A stretch of DNA of 63,666 bases, counting the filler, from Candidatus Rokuibacteriota bacterium (GTDB lineage Bacteria; JAUVQV01; DATDCY01): the NCBI GenBank assembly GCA_031406795.1. It is 6 parts of 6 records of this genome, joined end to end, with 100 filler letters (N's around TTAATTAATTAA, not from the genome) between each part and the next. Parts side by side here need not be neighbours in the genome. Positions count along the whole stretch, not along the records: positions 1 to 22,588 come from JANOHV010000276.1; 5 more parts are not named here. One strand, given 5' to 3'. The notes beneath the pieces were generated by a model. It worked only from the letters and a program-made list of their open reading frames with translations, did not search any database and was not told the DNA's origin. Of this stretch, positions 9,599 to 18,978 are shown piece after piece; the stretch's first letter is position 1; every line of letters starts with the position of its first letter. Both the position numbers and the translations under genes were made by a program.

Positions 9599-10618
9599 CT
9601 AAGGATTGGCCTTGAGCCAGTCCCTGCAGAATGCTAGCGCCTCATCGCCCGGAAGACCCTTGCCCTTGGCCGCCGTGGCGTAGTCGGCGAGGATCGGCTG
9701 AACCAGCTGGGCCCAGCGCGCGTCCTCGGCCGGCGCAAGTTCGATGATCTTCACGCCCTTGCCGATGGCGAACTCCGTGCCGGCCTTGTCGAAGTCGTCC
9801 CACGCCTTGCCGGCGCGGTCGACGAACTCGCGGTTGACCGCCTCGATCGCGGCCTGCGCCTCCTTCGGCAGCGACTCCCACTTCTGGCGGTTGATCGCGA
9901 CGAAGAAGCCGAGCGAATACGAGGAGCCGATGTTCCGGGTCGTGAACTTCACGACTTCAGCGAATTTCCACCCCTTGAGCGTCTCGATCGGCGAGACCAG
10001 TCCGTCGACGACGCCCTTCTGGAGCGCGTCGTACGCCTCGTTCTGGGGCATCGCCACCGGCGTCGCGCCGAGGGCCGCCACGATGCGCGAGCTGCCGCCG
10101 GTGCAGCGGATCTTCAGCCCCTTGAGGTCCTCGAGTTTCTCGACCGGCTTTTTCGTGTGCAGGATCCCCGGGCCGTGGGCCATCAGGTACATGACCTTGA
10201 CGTCGGCCAGCTCCTTCGGCTGGAACTTGGCGTAGTAGGCGTTGGCGAGCCGGGTCGCCTGCAGTCCGCTCGCATAGCCGAGCGGCAGATCGAGCACCTC
10301 GGTGAGCGGGAAGCGTCCCTTGGAGTAGGCAAGGACCGACATCCCGATGTCCGCGATCCCGTTGACGACCCCGTCGTAGGTCTGGTCCGCCGGGGTCAGC
10401 GTCGCCCCGGGGAAGATCGTGATCTTGACGGCGTTGTTCGAGCGCTTTTCAACCTCGCGCGCCCACTCGGTCGCGAGCAGCGTGTGCCCGTGGGTCGCGG
10501 GGAAGAAGAGCGAGTAGTTCAGCTCCACCGGCTTGCCGGCGGCGCCGGCGGCCGGGACCTGCCAGGAAAATCCAACCGCAAGTACAACTGCCAGGACGGA
10601 CAGCGCCACTTTCTTCAT
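9599..10618 (-). CDS. TRAP transporter substrate-binding protein (DctP family)
   Basis: Signal peptide, DLKGLKIR, YDALQKGVVDG; AGGAGG RBS. Confidence 0.9.
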   Translation of the reverse strand: MKKVALSVLAVVLAVGFSWQVPAAGAAGKPVELNYSLFFPATHGHTLLATEWAREVEKRSNNAVKITIFPGATLTPADQTYDGVVNGIADIGMSVLAYSKGRFPLTEVLDLPLGYASGLQATRLANAYYAKFQPKELADVKVMYLMAHGPGILHTKKPVEKLEDLKGLKIRCTGGSSRIVAALGATPVAMPQNEAYDALQKGVVDGLVSPIETLKGWKFAEVVKFTTRNIGSSYSLGFFVAINRQKWESLPKEAQAAIEAVNREFVDRAGKAWDDFDKAGTEFAIGKGVKIIELAPAEDARWAQLVQPILADYATAAKGKGLPGDEALAFCRDWLKANP

Positions 10619-10815
10619 CTCAACCCTCCTTGAGTGCATTTATCTCGTTCTGCGGGCGCTAGTATTTGCCCGGTTTGGCCGTGGTTTGTCAACGATCTGA
10701 TTTCCCTGTACCCGTTATCAGCCCGCTATTTCAAGAAAGGACTGATCTCGCCGGTCTCGTTATTTTCGCGTCCTGAGGAAGTCCTCAACCCCGCGACGCA
10801 CGTGCCCGCTCACGG

Positions 10816-10863
10816 TTGACAAGCCTCCTTTCGCCGCATTAGTATTAATGGTCATAATGACCA
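10816..10863 (+). promoter_or_regulatory. Sigma70 promoter with palindromic operator for vapBC
   Basis: TTGACA-N18-TAGTAT followed by the palindrome TGGTCAT-A-ATGACCA. Confidence 0.65.
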
Positions 10864-10892
10864 ACTGGACCATCTGAACTGGGAGAGACTCC

Positions 10893-11171
10893 ATGCCAAC
10901 GGTTTCCGTTGCCGAAGCGAAAAGCCACCTCTCCGAGTTGATCGCAAAAAATGCCCACAGCCACGAGCGCTTCATCATCACCCGCCGTGACAAGCCGGTG
11001 GCAGCCTTAGTGAGCATCGACGACCTGCGGATCATTGAACAGCACCAGCAGCGGCAGGGGTTGGCGGCAGTCGCTGGAAAATGGCGCGGGTTCGAGGAAG
11101 TTGCTGCCGCCCTGGGAAACCTGGCCTCGTTACGCCGGAAAGGCGGCGGAGGCCGCGATGTATCTCTTTGA
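10893..11171 (+). CDS. Phd/YefM family antitoxin
   Basis: VSVAEAKSHLSELI...FIITRRDKPVAALV. Confidence 0.9.
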   Translation: MPTVSVAEAKSHLSELIAKNAHSHERFIITRRDKPVAALVSIDDLRIIEQHQQRQGLAAVAGKWRGFEEVAAALGNLASLRRKGGGGRDVSL

Positions 11172-11562
11172 CACGGATGTCATCACCAATGTCTTCAAAC
11201 CGAAACCCGCCCCGAAACTCCTGAAGCGACTGGCAGCCGTTGAGCGGCGGCACCAGTATGTCGCCACCACCACGGTGGCCGAGATCGTGTATGGCGCCTG
11301 GAAAAGCGAACGCCCTCAGTATCACCTGGATAATCTGGAAAAGATTCTGCTTCCCGCCGTAAGTATCGTGAGCCTGGACGGCAAGGCCGCCTATGTCTGC
11401 GGCGCCCTTCGCGCGCGTCTCGAAAAAGCGGGCACGCCGCTCGCGTTGGCCGATCTCGAAATCGCCGCTATCGCCATCTCCAACCAATTCACTCTGGTAA
11501 CAGGCAACGTGCGGCACTTTACCAGAATCCCGGAACTATCCGTTGAAGATTGGCTCGCCTGA
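11158..11562 (+). CDS. vapC: VapC (PIN domain) toxin
   Basis: MYLFDTD...AEIVYG...DLEIAAIA...LVTGNVRHF; overlaps the antitoxin gene. Confidence 0.9.
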   Translation: MYLFDTDVITNVFKPKPAPKLLKRLAAVERRHQYVATTTVAEIVYGAWKSERPQYHLDNLEKILLPAVSIVSLDGKAAYVCGALRARLEKAGTPLALADLEIAAIAISNQFTLVTGNVRHFTRIPELSVEDWLA

Positions 11563-11730
11563 CGGAGACGATACAATGCCGGTTCAATCACTTCCCGCCC
11601 TGGGACTGCAGGTGACATCTCTGTGCTCCTACGGCCTTGCGGGTTCCGAAAATTCTGGCTCGCGGGATTCTTTTGTGGAGATCGCAATGGGGGGAGATTG
11701 CATTCAGCCTGCGGATCGAATCTGTCGGCA

Positions 11731-13569
11731 TCAGCTTCCGCGGACCGCCTCGAGCTCCTCCCAGCGACGGTACGCCTCCGCAAGCTCCTGATCGAGCTGC
11801 GCGAGCCGCGCGGTCACTTTCGCCACGGCGTCCTTCGCGGTGCGGTAGTAGTTCGGGTCCGCCAGGGTCAGGTGCAGGGTCTCGCGCTCCATCTCCAGTT
11901 CGTTGATCCTCTCCGGCAGGGCCTCGAGCTCGCGGACTTCCTTGTAGGATAACTTTTTCGGCTTCGCGGGCTTTCCCGGCGCCGCCGCGCCGGCCGGCAG
12001 GACCGCGCTCTTCGGCGGCGGCGCGCTCCTGGCCGCCTGCTGTTTCTCGCTCTCCGCCACCGCCGCGGCCTGCCGGATCCAGTCGTCGTAGCCGCCGACG
12101 TACTCCCGCACCTCGCCGTCGCCCGCGAGCACCAGCGTGCTGGTCACCACGTTGTTCAGGAACTCCCGGTCGTGGCTCACGAGCAGCAGCGTCCCGGCGT
12201 ACTCCTGCAGCAGTTCCTCGAGCAGGTCCAGCGTCTCGACATCAAGGTCGTTGGTCGGCTCGTCCATCACCAGGACGTTGGAGGGCCGGGTGAAGAGCTT
12301 GGCCAGCAGCAGGCGGTTGCGCTCACCGCCCGAGAGGATGCGCACCGGACTGCGCGCCCGCTCCGGCGTGAAGAGGAAATCCTGCAGATAGCCGATGATG
12401 TGCCGCGGCCGGCCGTTGATGGTGACCGTGTCGTTCCCCTCGCCGACGTTCTGCTGGACGGACTTGTCCAGATCCAGCTTCTCCCGCAGCTGGTCGAAGT
12501 AGAGCACCTCCAGCCGGCTGCCGAGCTTCACCGTCCCGTGCTGCGGCGCCAGCTCCCCGAGCAGCAGCCGCAGCAGCGTGGTCTTGCCCGAGCCGTTGGG
12601 GCCGATGATGCCGACCTTGTCGCCGCTGATGATCGTGGTCGTCAGGTTGGCGATCACCGGCCGGCCGCCATAGCCGAACGTCGCCCCCTGCGCTTCCACC
12701 ACCACTTTGCCGGAGCGCTCGGCGTCCTGGATCTGGATCCTCGCCGTGCCCACCCGCGTCCGCCGCGCCCGCCGCTCCTCCCGCAACGCCTGCAACGCCC
12801 GGACCCGTCCTTCATTGCGCGTGCGGCGCGCCTTGATCCCCTGGCGGACCCAGACCTCCTCCTCGGCCAGCTTCTTGTCGAAGAGCGCCTGCCGGGTGAT
12901 CTCCGCGGCCAGCAATTCCTCCCGCCGCGCAACGAAGGCGTCGTACCCGCAGTCGAAAGCGAAGAGACTCCCCCGGTCCAGTTCGGCGACCCGGTTGGAG
13001 ATCCGGCGCGCGAAGGCGCGATCGTGCGTCACGAACATCAGCGTCCGGACCTGCTTGAGCAGGAAGCCCTCGAGCCACTCGATGCTCTCGATGTCCAGGT
13101 GGTTGGTCGGTTCGTCGAGCAGCAGGATGTCCGGGGCCGACGCCAGCGCCCGCGCCAGCATCGCGCGGCGCTTGGTGCCGCCGGAGAGCGTCTCGAAGGG
13201 CGCCTCCCCTTCGAGCTTGAGTCGGGACAGGACGCGCTCAACCGCCTGGTGGTGACGCCAGCTGTCGGCGTTCTCGGAATGATCGTGGCCATCCCCAGTC
13301 CCGCCGGCCACGACCTCGAAAACCGTCCCGGTCAGTCCCTGGGGAATCTCCTGGGAGACCAGCGCCACCTTCAACCCCTGCTGGCGAAAGATCTCGCCGC
13401 CGTCGGGGTTGATCTCCCCGGTAATCAGCTTCAGCAGCGTCGATTTCCCGGTGCCGTTGCGCCCCATCAGGCAGAGCCGCTCGCCCGCCTCGAGCTGCAG
13501 GTTGATTCCATCCAACAGCGGCGGCCCGCCGAAGGCCACGCTGACGCTTCGCAAACTGATCAAGGCCAT
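11731..13569 (-). CDS. uup: ABC-F ATPase Uup
   Basis: Two ABC domains, EEVWVRQGIKARRTRNEGRVRAL linker, C-terminal KLSYKE coiled coil. Confidence 0.9.
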   Translation of the reverse strand: MALISLRSVSVAFGGPPLLDGINLQLEAGERLCLMGRNGTGKSTLLKLITGEINPDGGEIFRQQGLKVALVSQEIPQGLTGTVFEVVAGGTGDGHDHSENADSWRHHQAVERVLSRLKLEGEAPFETLSGGTKRRAMLARALASAPDILLLDEPTNHLDIESIEWLEGFLLKQVRTLMFVTHDRAFARRISNRVAELDRGSLFAFDCGYDAFVARREELLAAEITRQALFDKKLAEEEVWVRQGIKARRTRNEGRVRALQALREERRARRTRVGTARIQIQDAERSGKVVVEAQGATFGYGGRPVIANLTTTIISGDKVGIIGPNGSGKTTLLRLLLGELAPQHGTVKLGSRLEVLYFDQLREKLDLDKSVQQNVGEGNDTVTINGRPRHIIGYLQDFLFTPERARSPVRILSGGERNRLLLAKLFTRPSNVLVMDEPTNDLDVETLDLLEELLQEYAGTLLLVSHDREFLNNVVTSTLVLAGDGEVREYVGGYDDWIRQAAAVAESEKQQAARSAPPPKSAVLPAGAAAPGKPAKPKKLSYKEVRELEALPERINELEMERETLHLTLADPNYYRTAKDAVAKVTARLAQLDQELAEAYRRWEELEAVRGS

Positions 13570-13820
13570 CGAATCACCCCCGCGGGAACAATTTTTCGGT
13601 GATTGTAGCCTAGTGCGGGCTTTTTGCCCGCAAGACTATGCAGGCTTGTCAATGAGAACGTTTTTGATTCGGCATTTCGATCGGCACTGTTTGAAAAGGT
13701 TGTTTGAAATCGTCGCGCCGCGCGATGATTTCCGGGAGTAGTAGACCAGACGCCTCTGAGGCGCACGGAAATCACGTACCGGTCAGCGGGTGGCGCGGCG
13801 GGGATGTCGGACGAGTTCTG

Positions 13821-14924
13821 TTACCGTCTCACCGGAAGCTTGTCGCGCATCGTGTACTGGGGTCCCTTGAGCAGATACCGCGTGTCCGACTGGTGCGGGT
13901 CGTGGCAATCCACGCACCCCTTGCCCGGCGCATTGCAGGCCACGGCCGCAACGGTGTCGCGGGCGGCGTGACATTTCCCGCACAGCCCCCCCTGCTCCAG
14001 CCGCAGATGCGCGCTGCCGTAACCGCCGTGGGGGTCGTGGCAGGCGAGGCAATCCCCCACCGCAAGCGGGCCGTGGACATAGCGCTTTCCGCCGATCAGG
14101 TCGTGGCACCCGTAGCAAAGCGCCGTTTCGGTGCGCTTGCCCGCCGAGTTCAACTCGGTCATCTTCCCATGGCACTCGAGGCACTGCGCCCGATTGCCGG
14201 TGAGGTGGCCCGAAGAGGCGCGTTCGTAGCCGTCCATGGCGCTCTCCCCGTGAAAGACCTCGCCTTTCCAGAGGAGGAGTTCGCCCTGCGCGATTTCGAC
14301 GCGATTCACGCCCTCCTGAAGCCTGAGCCACGTGGAGAAACCGCCATCCTTGACATGGACATGGAACTCGGACCCATTGAGGCGCACCGTCAACTCCGAC
14401 CCCGGGAGCAGCGCGGACCTGCCAATGAGGGCGAGATGTTCCTCCTGGATCAACGCCCCTTCGAGCGGCGAGACGATTTCGATGCGCGGCGCGGATTCAG
14501 CGTCGTGTCGATGGCAGGCCAGGCAGAGTTCGCGTCTGAGATTCGAGATCCGCAGACGGCCGCCCGCTTCACCCCGTTGGTCGTGCCGGCCGGGATCGTG
14601 GCAAGTGGCGCAGGTGGCGCGGCCCTCTTCGTCGAGAGGCAGCCCGGCGGTGCGCCGCTCGTCGACCGGCTGGCGGCCTTCGTGGCTCCTGCCGTCTTCA
14701 CAGGCACTGTGGCATTTTCCGCAATTCGCGTGTTTCTCCGTGAGGCTTCCGCCACCATCGCCTGCAGCTACCCTCGCCGATGCCAGCGGGCGCTGAACAC
14801 CAGGCACCTCGCCGCGCGGGTCTCGTTGACCCGCTTTCGCCTGCCCGGAAAGCAAAAACAGCGCACTTGTCAAGGCCGCCACTGCCGCGGCCGCGAATTT
14901 CACTCCGCCAACTCCTGTCCGCAT
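13821..14924 (-). CDS. Periplasmic multiheme cytochrome c (8 CXXCH)
   Basis: Signal peptide; CGKCH, CATCH, CLACH, CLECH, CYGCH, CLACH, CGKCH, CVDCH; doubled-CXXCH style HGP...C..CHDPH. Confidence 0.85.
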   Translation of the reverse strand: MRTGVGGVKFAAAAVAALTSALFLLSGQAKAGQRDPRGEVPGVQRPLASARVAAGDGGGSLTEKHANCGKCHSACEDGRSHEGRQPVDERRTAGLPLDEEGRATCATCHDPGRHDQRGEAGGRLRISNLRRELCLACHRHDAESAPRIEIVSPLEGALIQEEHLALIGRSALLPGSELTVRLNGSEFHVHVKDGGFSTWLRLQEGVNRVEIAQGELLLWKGEVFHGESAMDGYERASSGHLTGNRAQCLECHGKMTELNSAGKRTETALCYGCHDLIGGKRYVHGPLAVGDCLACHDPHGGYGSAHLRLEQGGLCGKCHAARDTVAAVACNAPGKGCVDCHDPHQSDTRYLLKGPQYTMRDKLPVRR

Positions 14925-14970
14925 CGCCTTTCTCCTCACGATCGTTCGTTGTTCCACGATACGTTTCAGA

Positions 14971-14987
14971 AGCAAGTTGCGTGCCGG
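14971..14987 (-). promoter_or_regulatory. Sigma54 (-24/-12) promoter for the cytochrome gene
   Basis: Minus strand CCGGCACG-CAAC-TTGCT matches TGGCACG-N4-TTGCW. Confidence 0.7.
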
Positions 14988-15048
14988 AAGAGAGTGGCGC
15001 GGCTGATGGCCACAAAAAAAGCGGTACCGGGAAGTCTTCATACAAGCG

Positions 15049-15110
15049 CCCTTCGACCGTTCGACCGTTCGACAAGCTCACGGCTCACGGCTCAGGGCTC
15101 AGGGCGAACG
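15049..15110 (+). repeat. REP-like element with internally amplified arms
   Basis: CCC-(TTCGACCG)x2-TTCGAC-AA-(GCTCACG)x2-(GCTCAGG)x2-GCGAACG. Confidence 0.6.
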
Positions 15111-15169
15111 CTACTGATGGGGCCACCGTTCATTGAACGGTTACACAAAGCGGGGACAACCGCCGGGCG

Positions 15170-15814
15170 TCAGGGAAAGGGACGGTCGGCCGCCGCCGTC
15201 ACCGCCAGCAGTCGACGCTCGACATCGCGTCGCGACTCCTCGAAGGCGGCGGCGCCTTCGGCGAGCGGCGGGGTCACCGGCTCTCCGAAAACGAGCCGCG
15301 CCCTCGCGAAGGGCCAGGGGAGCTGGAAGGCGTCCCAGCTGGCGAAGACCTTCTTGCGCGAGAACCCGAGGCCGACCGGCATGATGAGAGCCCCGGCGAG
15401 CCTGGCCGCGAGCAGCGCCCCGGACTGCAGGACATAGCGCGGCCCACGCGGACCGTCAGGGGTGATCCCGCCGCAGAGGCCGCGGTCCTTCATCGCCCGC
15501 GCCAGCGCCCGCAGCGCCGCCGTGCCGCCGCGCGACGATGACCCGCGCACCGAGGCGATCCCCTGATCGTGGGCCACCCGTGCGATGATGTCGCCGTCCC
15601 GGCTCTGGCTCACCATCATTACGAGCCGCTCCCGGGCGAGGCGGTAACAGGCGTGGAGCAGCCGGTTGTGCCAGAAGACGAAGAGGATCGGCCGCCCGGT
15701 GGCGCGGGCGGCGGCCAGGTGCTCGCGGCCCTCCTCCTCCCACCGCAGGCTCCGGCCGATCAGCCACGCCAGCGACCACCCGGTGTCGGCGAGGATTCGG
15801 TCGCGGGTTCTCAC
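15170..15814 (-). CDS. DUF374 / lysophospholipid acyltransferase-like protein
   Basis: FWHNR, SQSRDGD, VRGSSSRGG, ITPDGPRGP, SWDAFQLPWPF. Confidence 0.85.
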   Translation of the reverse strand: MRTRDRILADTGWSLAWLIGRSLRWEEEGREHLAAARATGRPILFVFWHNRLLHACYRLARERLVMMVSQSRDGDIIARVAHDQGIASVRGSSSRGGTAALRALARAMKDRGLCGGITPDGPRGPRYVLQSGALLAARLAGALIMPVGLGFSRKKVFASWDAFQLPWPFARARLVFGEPVTPPLAEGAAAFEESRRDVERRLLAVTAAADRPFP

Positions 15815-15826
15815 GGCCCCGGCCGG

Positions 15827-17116
15827 TCAGACGAGTCGAATCAGCAGGTACTTCTTTTTCCCGGCCCGCAGCAGGATGCGGCCGTCCTTCGCGTCGGCGA
15901 CCGTGATGCGCTCGGCGCACGCGGCCACCGACCGCCCGCCGACATACGCGCCGCCGCCCTCGATCAGGCGTCGGGCCTCGCCGCGGGATTTCGCGAGGCC
16001 GACCCGGTGGAAGAGGTCGAACGCCTCGACTCCGTTCAGCAGCTCGGCGGCGGGTATCTCGAAGCAGGGGTGGTTGTCGCCGTACTCAGCCTGATTCACG
16101 GTCACCGCCGGCATCGCCGGGTCCCCCGGAGCGCCCTGGCAGCGGAAGTAGGACGCCGTTATTTCCTCCGCCCTCCGGGCCTGATCCTCGCCGTGGGCCA
16201 GCCTCGTCGCCTCGAAGGCCAGGCGCCGCTTGGTTGCCCGGATGTCGGCGCCGGTCGCCTGGGTCATCGCCCGCACCTCGTCCATCGGCAGCAGCGTGAA
16301 CAGCGCGAGAAAACGCGCAACGTCGCGATCGTCGGCATTGATCCAGAACTGGTAGTAGTCGTAGGGGCTGGTGCGCTCCGGGTCGAGCCAGACGGCGCCG
16401 GCCGCCGTCTTGCCCATCTTCGCGCCCGCAGCCGTCGTGATCAGCGGGAACGTGACGCCGAAGGCGGGCGGGCCGCCCATGCGGCGGATCAGGTCGATCC
16501 CGGCGACGATGTTCCCCCACTGGTCGCTGCCACCCATCTGGAGGCGGCAGCCCTGGTGCTGCTGCAGGTAATGGAAGTCGTAGGCCTGCAGCAGCATGTA
16601 GTTGAACTCCAGGAAGTTCAGGCCGTCGGCCGACTCGAAGCGGGTGCGATAGGCCTCGGCGGCGAGCATGCGGTTCACGGAGAACTGGCGCCCGATGTCG
16701 CGTAGAAACTCCAGGTAGTTCAGCGGCGCCAGCCAGTCGGCATTGTTCACGAGCACCGCGCGATCGCCGGTGAAGTCGACAAAGCGCGCCAGCTGCCCGC
16801 GGATCGACGCGGCGTTTGCCGCCACCTCTTCGCGCGTCATCACGCGGCGCAGTTCCGTCTTGCCCGACGGGTCGCCGACCAGCCCGGTGCCGCCGCCGAC
16901 GAGGGCCACCGGGCGATGGCCGGCGCGCTGCAGGTGCACGAGAGCCATGATCGGCACCAGACTGCCGACGTGCAGACTCGCGGCCGTCGGGTCGAAGCCG
17001 ATGTACGCGCAAGCCGGGGAACAAAGCAGCGTGCGCAGATCGGCCGCCGGCTCGGTCACCTGGTCGATGAAACCGCGCTCGCGCAGGGTGTCGAGAAGAT
17101 TCTCCGCCGTCGTCAT
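15827..17116 (-). CDS. tyrS: Tyrosine--tRNA ligase
   Basis: YIGFDPTAASLHVG, QMGGSDQWGNI, KMGKT, C-terminal S4 domain. Confidence 0.97.
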   Translation of the reverse strand: MTTAENLLDTLRERGFIDQVTEPAADLRTLLCSPACAYIGFDPTAASLHVGSLVPIMALVHLQRAGHRPVALVGGGTGLVGDPSGKTELRRVMTREEVAANAASIRGQLARFVDFTGDRAVLVNNADWLAPLNYLEFLRDIGRQFSVNRMLAAEAYRTRFESADGLNFLEFNYMLLQAYDFHYLQQHQGCRLQMGGSDQWGNIVAGIDLIRRMGGPPAFGVTFPLITTAAGAKMGKTAAGAVWLDPERTSPYDYYQFWINADDRDVARFLALFTLLPMDEVRAMTQATGADIRATKRRLAFEATRLAHGEDQARRAEEITASYFRCQGAPGDPAMPAVTVNQAEYGDNHPCFEIPAAELLNGVEAFDLFHRVGLAKSRGEARRLIEGGGAYVGGRSVAACAERITVADAKDGRILLRAGKKKYLLIRLV

Positions 17117-17164
17117 GGCCGTGATTGTATAGCCTGCGCGGGCTGCGAGGTCAATCTCCGCGGT

Positions 17165-17971
17165 TCAGCTCTTCAGCAGATCGTAGAGCAGGCGGGTGCC
17201 CATGACCAGCAGCAGCAGTGCGAACACCCGCTTGAGCTTCGCGACGGGCAGACGGTGCGCCAGCCGCGCCCCGAGCGGGGCGGTTGAGACGCTCGCCACG
17301 ACTATGCCGGCAAGCGCCGGCAAAGAGACGAACCCCAGCGTGTGCGGGGGCAGATCGGGCGCGCCGAGACCGTTGATCACGTAACCGGCGCTGCCGGCCA
17401 GCGCGATCGGCAGGCCGATCGCCGCCGAGGTGCCGATCGCGCGGTGCACCGGGACGTTGCACCAGGCCATGAACGGCACCGAGAGCGACCCCCCGCCGAT
17501 GCCGACAAGGCTCGAGATCATGCCGATCAGGCCGCCGACCGCCCCCGTTGCGGCCGGCCCGGGAATCTCGCGCGAGGGGCGCGGCTTACGGTCGAGCAGC
17601 ATCTGCACGGCGACCAGATAGAGGAAGACCACAAAGAACCACTTGAGATACGCGCTCGAGAGTCGGGCCGCCACCCAGGTCCCGATGAACGTCCCGGCCA
17701 GGATGCCGGGCGTGATCCGCCGGAGGATCCTCCAGTCGACCGCGCCGCGCCGGTTGTGCGCCCGCAGGCTGGAGATCGACGTGAAGACGATGCTCGCCAT
17801 CGACGTGCCCAGCGCCAGGTGCATCAGGCTCGCGGCCGGAAACCCCTGCCGGGTGAAGGTCAGGACCAGCAGCGGCACGATGACCAGCCCGCCGCCGACG
17901 CCGAGCAGGCCGGCCAGCACACCGGCGCCGGCGCCGATGCCGAGGTACGCCAGGGCGACGGCGAGGGAAAT
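17165..17971 (-). CDS. Sulfite exporter TauE/SafE family protein (start probably ATT at 17971)
   Basis: AGLLGVGGG...ALGTS and LVGIGGG...AIGTSAA repeats; in-frame N-terminal TM helix lies upstream of the first GTG. Confidence 0.85.
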   Translation of the reverse strand: MSLAVALAYLGIGAGAGVLAGLLGVGGGLVIVPLLVLTFTRQGFPAASLMHLALGTSMASIVFTSISSLRAHNRRGAVDWRILRRITPGILAGTFIGTWVAARLSSAYLKWFFVVFLYLVAVQMLLDRKPRPSREIPGPAATGAVGGLIGMISSLVGIGGGSLSVPFMAWCNVPVHRAIGTSAAIGLPIALAGSAGYVINGLGAPDLPPHTLGFVSLPALAGIVVASVSTAPLGARLAHRLPVAKLKRVFALLLLVMGTRLLYDLLKS

Positions 17972-17977
17972 GGCCCG

Positions 17978-18820
17978 CTACCCCTCGCGCCGCGGGTCGT
18001 CGCCGAGCGCGTAGATCTCGTCCATGATGGCGTCGACGACGAATTGCTTGCGGTCGGCCGTCGCGTCGGGCTGGCGCCGGGTCAGCTCGGCCAGCCACTC
18101 CGCGATGTTTCGCACTTTCCCGAAGGAGTAGACGACCTTGTCGCGGCGCGGGAACTCGTCGATCATGTCGACGTCGTCCCGCGGCGGCAGGATGTTCCCC
18201 CGGATGCCGCAGACGACGCAGTACTCGAACTTGCGCAGGTAGTTGTAGACTTCCCGGAGTCCGTGGTGCGTCCGCGGCACATCCTTGCGGCTCCTCGTGC
18301 CGGTCGGATAGAGCAGGAACACCTTCCCCTGGCCCTGCAGCTCGGCGATCTTCCGCTGGGCGGCCTTGTTGATCGCCATCGCCACGGAGATCTCCTGCTC
18401 GCTCATCTTCGCCGACTTGGCCGAGATCACCACCCTCGAGAACATCTCCGCCATCGACTTGATGGACTTGCAGCCCTCGGTGAGCTTGCGCCCCGCGATG
18501 AAGATGATGTCCTCGAACAGCGCCTCCTCGCCCCGGTGTTTGAGCAGCGTGTACAGCGCGGGGACGTCGAGGTTGCTCACGTGCGCGCTGAGCACCAGCG
18601 CCGGGCGGCCCTGGGCGGCCAGCGAGTGCAGGCTTCTGAGGTTCTCGACGCCCTCGACGCCCGAGCCGGGGAGCAGGAGGTCCTCGATGATTGCGGCGAA
18701 ACGTCTGCGGTTCTGGGTCTGGGCAACCTGGAAGACGATTTCCGGCGTGGTCACCGCGAACAGTTCGGGATCGGAATGGCTCAGTATCTTCGCGAGCTCC
18801 CCGCCGTAGACCGCCGTCAT
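17978..18820 (-). CDS. Glycerol-3-phosphate/1-acylglycerol-phosphate acyltransferase family protein
   Basis: HVSNLD (HX4D), FIAGRKL, YPTGTRSR. Confidence 0.8.
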   Translation of the reverse strand: MTAVYGGELAKILSHSDPELFAVTTPEIVFQVAQTQNRRRFAAIIEDLLLPGSGVEGVENLRSLHSLAAQGRPALVLSAHVSNLDVPALYTLLKHRGEEALFEDIIFIAGRKLTEGCKSIKSMAEMFSRVVISAKSAKMSEQEISVAMAINKAAQRKIAELQGQGKVFLLYPTGTRSRKDVPRTHHGLREVYNYLRKFEYCVVCGIRGNILPPRDDVDMIDEFPRRDKVVYSFGKVRNIAEWLAELTRRQPDATADRKQFVVDAIMDEIYALGDDPRREG

Positions 18821-18978
18821 GTTCGCGCCCGCTGTCAGGAGCGCGCTCCGCCTTGCCGCGTTAATCACCCGCACAATTTATCATAACTCCGGCGCCGCGC
18901 GCCATTGTGCGCGGCGGCCCGGGAGTGCTAGGATACCTCCCATCGGGTCAACACCAACAAACACAGAAGGAGAACCAC

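Noticed and set aside
14925-15170. Riboswitch upstream of the cytochrome
   Set aside because: No recognisable aptamer; the region is explained by the sigma54 promoter and the REP-like repeat.
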